Source: Ostrea edulis
Lineage: Eukaryota
Assembly (NCBI RefSeq): GCF_947568905.1
Contig: NC_079169.1
Span: 55,118,001-55,182,000, forward strand
Reading direction: 5' to 3'
Length of the DNA stretch: 64,000 nucleotides
Part shown: positions 35,913 to 49,135 of the stretch, in pieces
Position numbering within the stretch: position 1 is the first letter of the stretch
How the letters are laid out: each line of letters opens with the position of its first letter
The notes under the pieces: generated by a model
Database searches by the model: none
What the model saw: the letters and a program-made list of their open reading frames with translations, nothing else
What the model was told of the DNA's origin: nothing
Program-made: the position numbers and the translations under genes

Positions 35913-38133
35913 TCCTAAAATATGCACAAAAATTACAAATGAGCAGGTGCGCGTTCGATCACACTGGGGCTAGAAGACTTGGGGAACTGGCGATCAACTC
36001 AACTCAATCATGACCCCAAATGATTACTTTTCTGTTTATATTGATCCCAATGGGCAACGGAAACGCTTATTAATTGTGTTCAATAGCAGTGAGAAAAACA
36101 GCGATTCCCTGTTGGTAAACAAGTCCAAATTTCTTTGTTGACAATCACAACAACCTCTGCGTCTTCAGGATGGATTATGTTAATCCATTGTATGATAAAA
36201 AGCCTTAGTATTAGGTAAACTTTAGAGCTGAGGGTCAGTTACCTACTTACAATGTAAAATGGGACATAAGGGCTGCTCGCAGATATTTGGAGGCAATGGG
36301 CATTATGGTCCGTCATATATGATGCGTACATGTATACATGTACATATATAGTACATTATACAAGTACGTTACATATAGTCGTCCCTTTCCGTGGACATTC
36401 AAAGACACAGGTCAATGCCATCTTCCTGCATTTTAATTTGATACGTGTGTCTGTTTTTATTCCATTATAAGGCAATGGACACAATGAAAATAATTATCAC
36501 CTTCATTTATAATCAGCAACACCTTCCCCATCTTACCTTTAATTATATGTACAAATTTAATTTCAATACTTTTGGAAAGGTCTCACAAATTCGATATCTA
36601 AATGGATCGATACATCGAATGTTGTTCTATGTACATTGTGTGTAACCAACAATGTTTACTCCGACCAAGTACATGTATACATACACATGTACATATAAAG
36701 TCCAGTCGGCCAAATTGTCCCTGCGGTTATTTATTATTGTCATGGATAATTCATTTCACAGGTGTAGAGTTATCTTTCCTGTGTTTACTACTGCAAAGGT
36801 AATTAGTTATATATGTCTCTGTGAACACGAACATAGTGCAACACGTGAGAAAGGGAATCACCTACACATATACACATAATATTACATGTAAAACACAGTC
36901 TGGACACAGCAATCTAAATACACGTACACTTGTGTCACATGTAACTCGACACATTTGACCTGCGCGGGAGGAAAACACCTGTTATAGAAAGGACAAGGTA
37001 AACATAGGTGTACAAATATTAATGTCTGGGTGGAAGTGTCTCGCATCTTGGACCCACGCAAACGTGTTACCGTTCCCAACAGTAATTCGTGAAACGTGTG
37101 TAATCAAAATAGATACTTCAAAATAGATACTTACATGTCACATCGCCGTTGTCATCTTTCTCAATTAAATTGGGTCACTGGGTTAAGATTTTTTTTAAAA
37201 AATTCCGACTAAAAGTTGAACTTCCGACGGCGCCACATTTCAGCTTGAGGAGTGTTTCGTTGTATGCAGTTACAGATCACATTTAGACAATGTTTCTTGA
37301 CAGGGCATGTTACCACCTGAAACGCTTCACCAATTAAGAGGCTATTTATGCGTATAGTACTGGGTCGGTTTCAATTTATCTATTTCTTTAGACAGCCTAT
37401 CAGAATTGACATCTATAAAATATGCATAAACAAATACATTTACATGTAATATACCACTGACACTAATAATTATTTTGTCATAGGGTTAATATTGTTGCTT
37501 TACATTAAAATTTCCTCGTTTCTCCCATTTTATTATTATCATTACTTAGTATTTGTCTTCAAATACAAGTGTCTCAAATGTTTGTAAAATGGACGTTCCA
37601 GTGTCGTGAAATTCATCTTTGACAGAGTCATTCTTGGAATAAAGCGAACATACTCTTGATTTATATATTATGCCACAAACTTCTATATTCAGGTTGTGGC
37701 CATCGATGGATACCCACGGTTGATTACACATTTTACGTGATAGAGAGAAGAACGAATCGTAATTAATTATGGCTAGCTGTTCGAAACCTTTATACAAATA
37801 TAGTACTCCGTTGTACTTAACATCTTGATAGGTTTAGTAAATCAAATCATCCACAAAATAATGGCATATAATCAGATTGAGAGAATGGTAAAGTGGCTAT
37901 TTTGGAAGACTTTTGTTGGTTGGCTGCTTGTTTGTTTTACGTCCCTGTCGACAATTGTTCAATCAAATTCAGACGTCCCCATCACTATACCTTGCGTTTA
38001 CGGCCATAGAAAGGAGGGTTGTTTAACGTGCCAACGCCTACCGCAGCACGGTTTTTTTTAGATCATATCCGTAAAACTCGTGATTCTCATGCACTTCTAA
38101 ATGCCGAGCGTTTGGTGAAGGAGCAATAATTAT

Positions 38134-38261
38134 AGGTTATAGACTTTGTATGGGAAAATATGACGACCGAGTTTTTTGGCGCGTAGACGGACCGAGCTTG
38201 CGAGGTCCGTCCGCGACAAAAAACGAGGTCGTCATATTTTCCCACACAAAGTCTATAACCT
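38134..38261. repeat. 128-bp hairpin palindrome (core of a dispersed element); related hairpins at 12450-12599, 40404-40514 and 50890-50922
   Basis: aggttatagactttgtatgggaaaatatgacgacc ... ggtcgtcatattttcccacacaaagtctataacct (outer 35 bp, 1 mismatch). Confidence 0.85.
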
Positions 38262-38997
38262 TTTTATTATATACTTTCAATTTCATTTAGAAACTATCAG
38301 TAATTTATTTTTAACAATTTCTTTATTGATTTATCTAGTAAAAGATGAAAAACACGAAAACTTTGAAAATTAACGACGTAGTAATTTGCTTTTGTATTGA
38401 TTGTGACGTAATGTTTGCGGTCCGGAATGTTTCAGGGCATATATCACACGATGTATGCCCGCAAACTTTTAAAGAAAAAAGAAGAGATGAAATTGAAGGT
38501 ATATAATAACTATGTATATGTACCTAATAGTATGTTGACGCGGCCATTACATGAGCGAGGCTCGAACTCACGACCTTCCGATTACGAAACGAACGCTCTA
38601 CCACGAGCTACTGCGATTGGCGGAAGACTTTGATACAAGAGAAAAAGTAGTTTGTCAAAGAATATAAGCTATAGGTTAATTTATTTACATGAATATTTGT
38701 GTTATATATTTTATATTTGCATTAAAATTGAATATCTATTCATTAAACCTTACTAATAATGATAAAAAATTGTCATACTATTCTGTTGATATACGGCCTA
38801 GATAAGCTTTGAACAGTGCTAATTTGAAAACATTAAAAATTTTAATTCCCGCCATCTATAGAGGCTGCCATGATGTGAAACTCTTTTGTATTCAAGACCA
38901 CAAAAATCAATAATTTTGACGTCACACCGTCTGTTCCGGTCTTGATGAGATCCTAGATGAGCATGTGATATGGTAGATTTTACGAATAAATAGGTTG

Positions 38998-39180
38998 ATG
39001 CCTTCCTGTCAAGCTGTTAATTGCACTAATGCAAAGGGGAGATGTGAAGAAAAAAATTCTCGAAAGTCCTGACCCAACTAAGTCATCTGAAAAGAAAAGA
39101 CTAGTATGTAAACTGTGGATCCATCATTTGCGTAATGACAAGTTGAGGTTCAGGACTGCGACTCGAATGAACGTCTTCTT
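38998..39180 (+). pseudogene. Frameshifted THAP zinc-finger remnant (decayed transposon)
   Basis: MPSCQAVNCTNAKGRCE, frameshift, ..PDPTKSSEKKRLVCKLWIHHLRNDKL: shows the C-x4-C, P, R and W pattern of THAP, but the C..HF end is not visible. Confidence 0.45.
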
Positions 39181-41104
39181 TTCTCAATTCCCTCTTGCGA
39201 AAGAACGGACTCAAATCTATACATCCAAACTTAACTTAATTGTTCGTGACTTATCATGTTTATACTAGTGCTGCTGATGAAATAAACCGGAACCGACGGT
39301 GTAACGTCATAAATTATACTTCAATGGCCGCTCTCTTAGCGGCAGGTAATTTAAAATACAGTGTATATGGTAGATTAATATTGATTTAATCGTTCAGCAA
39401 GGATTTTTGTTGTTAAAGACTGTCATTTACGATCTCAGTATGTAATACTTTATTCATAAAAGCAACAATGTGGTTAGGGTTGCCTTTCCCATTAATTATG
39501 AAACAAAGATCTACATTATCACTATACTTCTAGATGCCAAAAATTATCACACACACCCCCGGGTCACTTTTATGTATACGGCATAAACATCTATATGTAT
39601 AAGCAAGAACACGATATTACCACATCCACTTGAGATTTTGTGCAGTTAATCAAGGATGCATTCATGTACATGTATGTAAAACGTCCTGAAAGTAATTTCA
39701 GCCAATTGGTCTCAAATAAATTAGGAATATTTTAACCACATATATTCATAACCAAACAAACAATGAATGAATAAACATTTTCCCTCGTCATCAGGGGAGT
39801 CTGAAGGTAGTATTATATTTTGTTTGCACCCTGTAAAGGCAAACCCCTCTGCTTCTCAAATGGGACTTAACGTCAACAAAATAAAACGACGTCAATGCTC
39901 AAATATAGTTATTGTCGCTGATTACTCAAAATATGAACGGCAATAGACATATCTTTTATATTTTTAAGGAATGATGCCCATGATATATACATTCACTTTT
40001 AACATCAAAAACTAATTTTCGAAACAAATCAGGTAAGGGGGGTGCTTGGAGTGGCTCATTTTATCATCAAGAAGAGTGCAATTGGACAACAAACACTTCC
40101 TCTACATTCCTTCTCGATCCAAAGTGAAGTCGGTCAAGCATCAAATACTGAGTGTTTTTGTTGTAAACATGTTAAATTACAATTAGATTAAAAGAAGAAA
40201 AAAGGAACAGGTGTGTGAATCCATTCAAAGGAAAAACAAAATATTCATATTACGTAATATTACACAGCTATGAGTGTTTATTGCATAAGTATACAAAAAG
40301 TTCGGAAACAAATTCATATAGTTTACGAATTCCTCTCCTAATATATTAATTGCAATTGTCATATGAATATACATAGAGAATGACCGTATATATCACACTC
40401 TACTTTCTCGGTCAATACGATGCTTTGGCTACCCTCGAAGTACAATATATTGACCTCCAGGCTCGATTAATATTGTACTTCGAGGGTATCTTAATCATCG
40501 TATAGACCGAGAAAATGTCAATAACTATTTTATGATACGACTGAATAATTCCAAAACATCAAAACTGACTATAGTATTGCCTACAAAAACTTCCTGTTCC
40601 CTTGACAGATTCACCATGCAAGCATATAAATATGATGCAATTATGCGCAGGATAGTGCAAACTGAGTTGATGTGAGCAGTATATTTGAGTATATTGTCTA
40701 TGTGAACTCAATGTAGTTTTACCAATTCTAACATTTTCTAGAAGATGGCCAGGAACTTGGAGAAACGACTGAGAAAATAACTTTGACTTTCTTTGATATA
40801 TGTGCCCAAGAGCATAAATTTGATTTTGATGGGTTTAAAATCATTTGATTTTGTACAGCTGTACATATCAACTCTTAATTCGACAAATATCTCACTGAAG
40901 GCGCTCCAGTGGTGAGTACAGGTGATAAATTATTGGTACTTGTATATAACGTCCTATCACCAGCAAAAAAGATCTAGCTCTCAATGTTCAATAATATTGA
41001 TTGGTTGGTTGAATTTTGTTTAATGTCCTTCTCGAGAATATTTCACTGGCCTATGCTCGGCGCTTACGGCCTTTGAGCAGGGAGAGGTCTTCATCGTGTC
41101 ACAC

Positions 41105-41312
41105 CGATTTTGACTACGGATAACTCCGTTTACCTGATCCGGATATAGGGCTCACGTTGGGTGTGACCAGTCGACAGGGGATGCTTACTCATCCTAGGCA
41201 CCTTATCACACCTCTGGTGTGTCCAGGGGTCCGTGTTTGCCCAACTCTCTATTTTGTATTGCTTATAGGAGTTATGAGATTGATCACTGTTCGTTATCTT
41301 CGCCTTTCATCT
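41105..41312 (+). mobile_element. Penelope-like 3' fragment inserted in an oppositely oriented SINE copy
   Basis: SINE halves at 40995-41104 and 41318-41428 flank it. Confidence 0.75.
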
Positions 41313-41659
41313 AATTTGACACGGGGCCTATGTTTTACGGCCTCATCCGAAGAACCGCCTCATATAGTTGCCTCTTACGACAAGCAAGGGGTACTCGGGA
41401 CCTATTCTAACTCGGATCCCCGCGGGGTCCTGCGTATTTGAGGCATGTTTTTCAATTACTTATAGTTTTGAAAAAGTTGTTCGGTACGTTTTTGGGTAAG
41501 ATTCTTCTTCTTCTTTTGTGTGTATGTGTGTGTGTGTGTATGGGTGGGTGGGGGGGGGGGGGGGCATATTTTGGCTAATGTATCTTTTATACTTGAAGGA
41601 AAATGTCTGTGTTAATACTGACATTAATGATGAAAGTTTGAGGCGACTCGGACCATTAT

Positions 41660-43207
41660 AATTGAGTTATGCCATAAACAGTGATCAATCTCATAACTCC
41701 TATAAGCAATTACCGGTATACAAAATAGAGAGTTGGGCAAACACGGACCCCTGTACACACCAGAGGTGTGATCAGATGCCTAAGAGGAGTAGGCATCCCG
41801 TGTCGACCGGTCACCCCGCCGTGAGCACTATATTTTGATCAGGTAAACGGAGTCATCCGTAGTCAATATCAGTGTGTCAAGAACGGCCTATCAATCCGTT
41901 TGAGACAGCATTTGACACATTGAAAGGTTGTATTAGCAATCAGGTAAACGGAGTTTGTTTTGATAGATTGTTTAACGTCCCATTCAAGAATTTTTCACTC
42001 ATATGGAGACTTCACCATTGGCAGTGAAGGGCTTCAAAATTTAGGCCTGTGCTCGGCGCTTATGACTTTTGAGCAGGGAGGGATCTTTATCCTGCCACAC
42101 CTGCTGTGACACAGGGCCTCGGCTTTTGCGGTCTCATCCAAAAGATCGCCCCATTAAGTCGCTTCTTACGGCAAACAAGGGGTACTGGAGACCTATTCTA
42201 ACCCGGATCCTCACGGGACCCTAGACAGGGTGTTGATTGGTTAGTTGTATGAAAGGCGAAGATAACGAACAGTGATCGATCTCATAACTCCTATAAGCAA
42301 TTCAAAATAGAGAGTTGTGCAAACACAGACCCCTGGATATACCAGAGGTGGGACGAGGTGCTTTGGAGGAGTAAGCATACCCTGTCGACCGGTCACGTGC
42401 ACATCCGCCGTGAGCCCTATATGTATGATCAGGTAAACGGAGTTATCCGTAGTCAAATTCAGTGTGCCAAGAACGGCCTAACAATCGTCAGACAGCAGTT
42501 GACCCAATAATAGGTTGTATTGGCAAACTAGATCGTTATAAGTACCATAGAATTTGCAAAATGTTGACTTTGAACGAGACTGTTGAAACCCCTGTACCAT
42601 CAACTTGTTTGTCAGTAGCCTCAGGCTACTAGACTGCCTCGATTTAAAAATTATCCATACGCAGAACAAGCTCTTGCGTATCGAATCAGTAGAGAGATAT
42701 AAACACCATATGCAGGTGATAATAGAATATTGCTACATAAATACAGGAAGTTGCCGACGGACAACCTGAAACCTTTGTCATAAAGTTAAGTTGTTAGTTT
42801 GCCGATAATATTTACTTTCAATAAAATATCTAGGTATGAAGCAGAAACGGACGACTCCGTGGTGTCTTTTATTTCGAGTTCACTGGGATATATCGAATCG
42901 ATATATGAATGAAAATTATTATTGTTGATAGATAATACATATGTACGTCGTCGATATATCTAAATGTCGAATTGAAGGCCAAAGCAAGAGACTTTTTCTT
43001 CTCGCGTAGAAGTTTCTGAATAAAATCTTCTTCATAGGAATATAAAATAAAGTCAGCAAACAAAGAAGCACAATTCGTGTCAATGGGGATTCCAACAGAC
43101 TGCTGGAAAACCTGATCACCAAGACCACGAAGATATTGTCAATGAGGAACTCCAGTATATTTTTTATTTCAACTTCAGAGTACGTGTGCGTTGCATCAGA
43201 CAGGCGT
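41660..43207 (-). mobile_element. Decayed Penelope-like retroelement, RT C-terminal half and 3' end (second partial 3' end at 41660-41960; SINE at 41960-42217 between)
   Basis: Translates with stops and frameshifts to SEVEIKNILEFLIDNIFVV...VGIP..TNCA.LFADFILYSYEEDFIQKLL...FNSTFRYIDDV...KDTTES...AYGVYIS.LIRYARAC. No C-terminal GIY-YIG follows, consistent with N-terminal-endonuclease (Naiad-type) PLEs (inference). Confidence 0.85.
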
Positions 43208-43481
43208 TTAAAGTGTCCGTGAAGCCGTTTTCAAAGTGCTTCTTTAAATATTGTTTATATAATAAAGAACAGAAAAAAACAAGTCTGATCACTCAGTGCT
43301 TTTTAATATGCGAGTTATTGCACGAAATATCAAAATATTGCTAATCCACACCTTTACGATAACGAAAACGGGCTCTACCGGAAGTGACGCCAACTAACAT
43401 CATTGGCGCCATTCTCAATGCAAAATTGGTAGAGCTCGGTAGTGATTATAACATCGAAATGGCTGTAAGAATAAAGGACGG

Positions 43482-44426
43482 ATGTGCGTTGTGGCAGGTT
43501 GTAGCAAAAGACAAGCAGATGGAGTTTCGGTACATATTTTCCCAAAAGATCAGCGTCAGCGAGCAGCCTGGGTTCGTTTTGTAAAGCTAACAAGGGCAGA
43601 CTGGCCTGGGCCATCGCAGTACACAGTGATTTGTAGCGAACATTTTAACGAGGATTGCTACGAGGCCCGTTTTGCGCTGATGAAAGACTTCGGCATTCCT
43701 GCGAATAAGTGTCTTCGTAAGGGATCTGTGCCATCGATATATCCTAAGCGGAAGAGGGATGAACTCAACGACGCCTTTCTTCAGTCTCCTCAGCTCACGA
43801 CCCCCCCCGCCCGAACGAAGAGCATATGCAAAGCGCGCAAAAAACATGGTAATTTTCTTTTCTGTTCTTCGTTGTTGTTGTTTTTTTAATCAAACACACT
43901 CAGAAGTATTATTCCCACAGCGATGCAGGTTTCAACATAATAACTTTATAAACAATGTACATGTCTAGCTGAAAGTAGCCAATGTCTAATGCAATCATTT
44001 CCATTTACCATATGAAACAATATAAATCAATGTACAGTAACATGTTAAATACAAAGATGTCCTTTATTTTGACTTCATGAATTGCTGGACTTCACGCATC
44101 AGTGAGGCGAGACAGTGACACAGAAGTGCAGTGGGTACAATGCACCTGTCTCATAAGCAAATAGCATACCTATCTGATTATTTGTTGAATCTCATCTTCG
44201 TAATTAATTACTAATTTACTATACTTGCAAAAATTTGAGTGTAGGTAAACTTTTAGCTAAGGATCTATATGAGTTGCTTGTCAATTCATTATTCCTTTAT
44301 TTAGACTATGGTGCTAAGTAAAACATTTTTTTTTTCATTAGGCAAAAAAAATTGAGATGGGATGCATGCTTATGTTTTCTACGTTTCTTGCTTCATTGTT
44401 GCTTTCATGCTCAGATTGAGGATTCG

Positions 44427-44458
<32 letters not shown>

Positions 44459-46639
44459 CCAGATCCCCACCCAGAATTTCCTAGACTTAGTACTGCATTT
44501 CCTCAAGCCTCAAGGATGTGGTTACACTTGTAACAATTGTTGCATTGGTTCATTATAGATACTGACAGAGTTGCTGTGTGACAACAATACAGAAATACCA
44601 GTAGAGGAAGACCTACAAGAGCATGTTGAGAGTCAGCAAGCACCCATTCAGGTATTCCTGTTTACATAAATCAATTTAAACCAGGGTTTAAACTTAACAC
44701 CTGTTCACTCACCAAATGCAAGTGAAATTTGGGTTGAGCGTAGTAATGTAGAACAGGAAAGCCTCTACCAAAATTTTAACTTTCATGATCCCCAGGGTAG
44801 GGGTTCTGACTCCAGGATAAGACCAAATTTGGTATAGAGTTTTAAACATTCAAAATACATCCTCTTTCATGCTATTGATACTAAATTGCAAATAACAGAT
44901 ATTTAGAATGATTGGGTAGCCCATTAAGTTGTAAATTTGATGATCCCTAGGTCAGGGGTTCAGGTCCTAAGGTGGGGCCATATAGTGAAAATGTATTAAA
45001 TATTGGGAAATCTCCTCTACTCCCATATACATTCGCGAAAAACTAATTGCATGATTTTAACGTCTATGAAAATCTCTAACTTGTGAAGTTTATGACTCCT
45101 GGCCCTTTGGTGGGGGTCAATATGGACACGCAGTGAAAATGTATTAAATCTTAGAAATTTTTCTTCTTCTACTTCCATACAGAACTGAGAAACACTAAAG
45201 GCATGATTATGATGTCCATAAAGCTTTCTACCTGTATTGTGAAATTCATGGGTTCAGGCACCCCGTATGGGCTATGATCCTTAGGTGCCCCATTAAGGCC
45301 TGTGGGCCTCTTGTTCTTTGCATAGGTCTGTTGATAATTAAACATTTTCTTTTGTTAGCATATTATGGTTTTTATAAAAGTGTTGAGCCTTATTAAAAAC
45401 TGCGAATGTTTATTGATTTCATTTTTACTAATTTTTTCTTATATCATTTTCAAAAAGGATCAAAAGCAAGTGAGAAGATTAGTGACATCATCTTGTCCAA
45501 TCAGATGAAAAAGGACATTCCCAAGCTATCCCCATTGTACCAGACATCACAGATAGAGGCATTCCATAGTACTGTCAACCACTTTGCCCCCAAAATGGTG
45601 GCCTTCTCTTACTATGGCATGTACTGCAGGTATGTTTATGCTTCAGAATTTTCATGAATGTTCAATAACCCATGCTGCTTGTATATTTTATGCAAGGCCA
45701 AATAAAATCAATTGATAGATCAACAACCCCTCCCGCCCCTCAAAAAAAGGGAGTCACCTCGATATTTTTTTTATTTTCGCAAAATTTACAATTTCAAACA
45801 AACTTGCTTCCCAGTGACATGAGTGAATGATTAAAGTCACAGAATGTTGGTTTTGTATCTTCTACCAAGGATTCTTTGAATTTTAACTTGATTAACACTG
45901 TGATGTCTTTTGTCATTAATTTTTTTCTCTCTCGGGAAATATATATTAAAAAATAAAATCCTTCCATATGCCCCATATTTTTTGTGCTCCTGTATGATAA
46001 TCTACTAATTAAGTTGAATTGACCAAAGCATGTTTAAGATAAGTAATTTTATAGCAATATTGTTTTAAGGTTGATCGTTGCTGCTCTTCATTTCAATGAA
46101 AATACGTCAAGAGTGCAGGCTGCTACAAAGGAAGGGAACATGCAGTTCAAGATCAGCTTTCCCAAGTTTAAGCATGGAGAGTACAGTGTGCGAAAGAGAA
46201 CTGTAGATTCAACATATGGTACTACAACAATACTCCTTTCCTCTCCTCTTTTTCTCTCTCCCTCTCTTGACTAATGGGAATGCCTAAATAAAGTCTATAT
46301 ATATATATACCAATAAAATAGAAACAGTATAAAGAATTTAAAAAATTTAATTTGAATTTATGGAAAACAATGAGCACCTAGAAGAGTAGAAATTAAGATT
46401 CTCATATGACACAGTTATTGCATATTGACTTCATTTCAGGGTATGCAACTTCATTGATGACTGAGACATTCGCATCCATGGAAGCTTCAGTTGATGCTAC
46501 ATCACCCCATCAACCACCTGTCTCCTGCTTGCCAGAAATACAGCCACCACCACTTTGCAGTAACTTTGTGCATCCTGAAAAAAGTGAGGCAGTGCAGCAT
46601 TTCAGATCTCGTTTTAGGAGGAAAGAGACACCAGTATAG
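43482..46639 (+). pseudogene. Kolobok THAP-DDE transposase pseudogene (+1 frameshift in a C8 run at 43801-43808; central catalytic exons missing)
   Basis: Segments: 43482-43848 (THAP: CVVAGC..VHIFPKD..R..W......ICSEHF..VPSI; RAYAKR after the frameshift), 44559-44651, 45458-45629 (QTSQIEAFHSTVNHFAPK, catalytic-E region), 46070-46218 (AALHFNEN..FPKFKHG), 46440-46639. Phase mismatch and the absence of the first two catalytic Asp motifs between 44651 and 45458 indicate a deletion. Confidence 0.8.
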
Positions 46640-47066
46640 AAGAGAAGTGTGATGAACATGTGCGATGAACAAAACTTTATCACGTCCATCATGTATATAG
46701 TTGTGTAGTATATTGCATATGTAAATAACTTAGTATTAGATTGCTTTATTTTTAGTGTCATAGTATGTAGCTATAGTGTAAATAATTCCCCTTGTATAGT
46801 CATTAAAGACATGGAAACATGTAAGCAGGGCCCACATCCCATTCCTGGGTGCAGGATTTATTTTGTAGCTGATGCTTTCATTGATTTAAATTATTCTAAT
46901 TAAAAAAATAGATATCTTTACAGATATTTTTTTATTTTTAGTGTTCTTTTTCTTGCTTATGTTTTTAACTTTTGTATAATATTATAAATATTTTTTTCAT
47001 CATGAGAAATATTGCTTTTTTTAAACTTTTTAAAAAATGTTTTACTTTGAGTCAAATTATGCTTAC

Positions 47067-48616
47067 TCATTCTGGGTCTTGATATCCGTGATACTCCTCT
47101 GAGCTGAATGTCTCACGGATCTTTGTTACTGCACAGGAGGGGAGGGGAACTCGAACACTCTTTCCTAAGTAGCCCCAACACCAACGAGCTAGTTGACGAT
47201 ATGCGGTATATCTGTTTCTCCTATGATAAAAATGTATAAATTGTTACACAACTGAATACACCACTTTTGTTGAATTCCTAATAATTATTGATAATAAAAC
47301 GTCATTCTTACTCATTCATGCTGTTCTGTATATCTCCATACTGAGAACGATACTGGTAGTATGCAGTCTCCAGGACAAAGACGTCTAGACAAACAGTCTG
47401 GAATCCAGGATGTCTTGTAATGCAGGTTAAATCATCACTATAAGACTCAATTTTCTCGACAATCTGTGAAATTTCAGAGCAGCATTTGCTTTCTAATGCT
47501 GTGGGCATGGGTGTGCATGATCCACAATTGCACCTAAAATTGTAATTGCATTATCAACATGTATTACTGAATCATTAGTTAATGAAGTATTTGCTATGAA
47601 TTAATTTCCTGAAGACAAATAGAAAAGCAGGTAAAATATTACATGGCAGCTTAATTACATGATTACCAGGTGCAGCACTCTCTTTATTTAGCAATTTCCT
47701 TGATGTCAATACAACACATTGTAAACAAAAAAATAATTCTTAAACTGATCCTTCAGTATTTTGATTGTTGAGGATTATTTTAAAAGTTGTTGAGCAACAT
47801 TTATCCAATCATCAGAATAAAATAAAAGTTAACAAGGATCAAAATAATAATGGATTGGCGATCGAATTCCAAATTGTAAAGTCATCATACTTATCCACGG
47901 GGTTTTGACACAGTATGAGCAAATGGGTACTATTATACTATAATATATACCCATTTCCTCATATTTTGTCAAAACCCTGTTATCTACATGTATGTTTCAA
48001 CGCACACAGGGTAGTGGACAGTTAACAACACAGAAGAAATTTTCTTTTCATTAACATTCTTAAAATGATTGACTTTTTGTTATGAACTCTAATCAGGACA
48101 GTGTTGTGGTCACTTCAAAGTAAAAACACGTTCAAAAATTGTCATGCGACTTCTTGGCTACGCCACTACACTTAACAAATTCAATCTAATCTAGCTTAAT
48201 CAAGCTATTATAATTACGTTTATAATGAGAGCTAAATGAAGAAACTGTGCTGGACCTGATCAATGGCCAAACGTTTTCAATAGCGTGGATACAATTATTT
48301 TTTTTCTACACGCATAAGCTGTGAAGTTATAAAGTTTATAGATATATTTTATCAATTTAATTACATGGGTAACAAATAAAAGATAGGGAAAGTTGTACCA
48401 ATCTGTATTTTCTAGTCTGTGCTGGTCGTCGACTTCGTCTTCGCTTGAACCATCCGATTCGCTAAGATCAGTCGCTTCAGGTTCAAACCGATATGGGACT
48501 ATGTCCTGCTGATGTTCCTCGTGTTCTTCTTCGAAGGATGATATCTCAAATGACATGTGTAGGTCAATATCCGACGAAGAATCCGAGGTTACGCTGCTAT
48601 CGTTTACAGTTGCCAT
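47067..48616 (-). CDS. P2X7 cytoplasmic-ballast-like Zn/Cys protein (KolX-type Kolobok accessory protein; often auto-annotated P2X purinoceptor 7-like), 197 aa, 3 exons
   Basis: Exons 48616-48399, 47533-47312, 47220-47067; total 594 nt, phases 2,2, intact. Acidic N-terminus with PYRFEP, then WCNCGSCTPMPT..ESKCC..CITRHPGFQTVCLD..VLETAY..RYTAYRQLARWCWGYLGKSVRVPLPSCAVTKIRETF. Confidence 0.88.
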
Positions 48617-48838
48617 TTCAAAGCTGATGTAAAGTGACGTCACGCAAGTATTTTGCTAATAATAGTACAACCGGAAGTTGCCTTGATTGGTTTTAATCAG
48701 GTGCGAAAATCGACAACTTTGAACGGGAATAATTTCCTTATCGCCGCTATATTGACTGTAAAATTTTGGGATATTGACTTTCGTGTTATTCTACACCAAT
48801 TAATCAAAACTTTGACTTTGACTTCACGGACTCTTTAA

Positions 48839-49135
48839 CAAAGTAAATTTTTTGGGATGACTGATCACTAGATAGGAATATTTGCGTTTTCCATTTTTGT
48901 TGACGAAGCAACTGTCTATGATGTCAAAAAGTCTAGTCTTTAATTTATCGTGAGGAATGGTCGTGTAAGGAGTTGAAAAGTCATATATTTTAATGTTGTT
49001 GATTTGAGAAAAGTTTTGTGATTTCAAGTTTACTAAAAGTTCTTAAATTTTTTTTTAGAATCCACATTTGATTTACACCACTTCTGGCATATGTAGTCGC
49101 ACAGTACGTTTGAAGTTTCTCCTTCACATCTGTTA
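48839..49135 (-). mobile_element. Upstream part of the same Penelope-like RT, split off by the Kolobok
   Basis: SGVNQMWILK..LKSQNFSQINNIKIYDFSTPYTTIPHDKLKTRLFDIIDSCF.NKNGKRKYSYLVISHPK. Confidence 0.85.

Larger units (their letters stand above)
43212..48834. mobile_element. Kolobok DNA transposon, 5623 bp, internally deleted
   Basis: TTAA TSD at 43208-43211 and 48835-48838. TIRs AGTGTCCGTGAAGCC / AGAGTCCGTGAAGTC (13 of 15), start with RR, with a further TCAAAGT match. Contains a THAP-transposase and an oppositely oriented accessory gene. The flanks rejoin the Penelope RT frame (YFVK|RLSD). Confidence 0.9.

Noticed and set aside
38551-38616. tRNA-Thr(CGT)-like sequence on minus
   Set aside because: A/B boxes and anticodon arm are visible, but the acceptor stem does not pair; repeat-embedded pseudo-tRNA. 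The tRNA-like pieces at 2615, 56340, 57385 and 59817 are rejected likewise.
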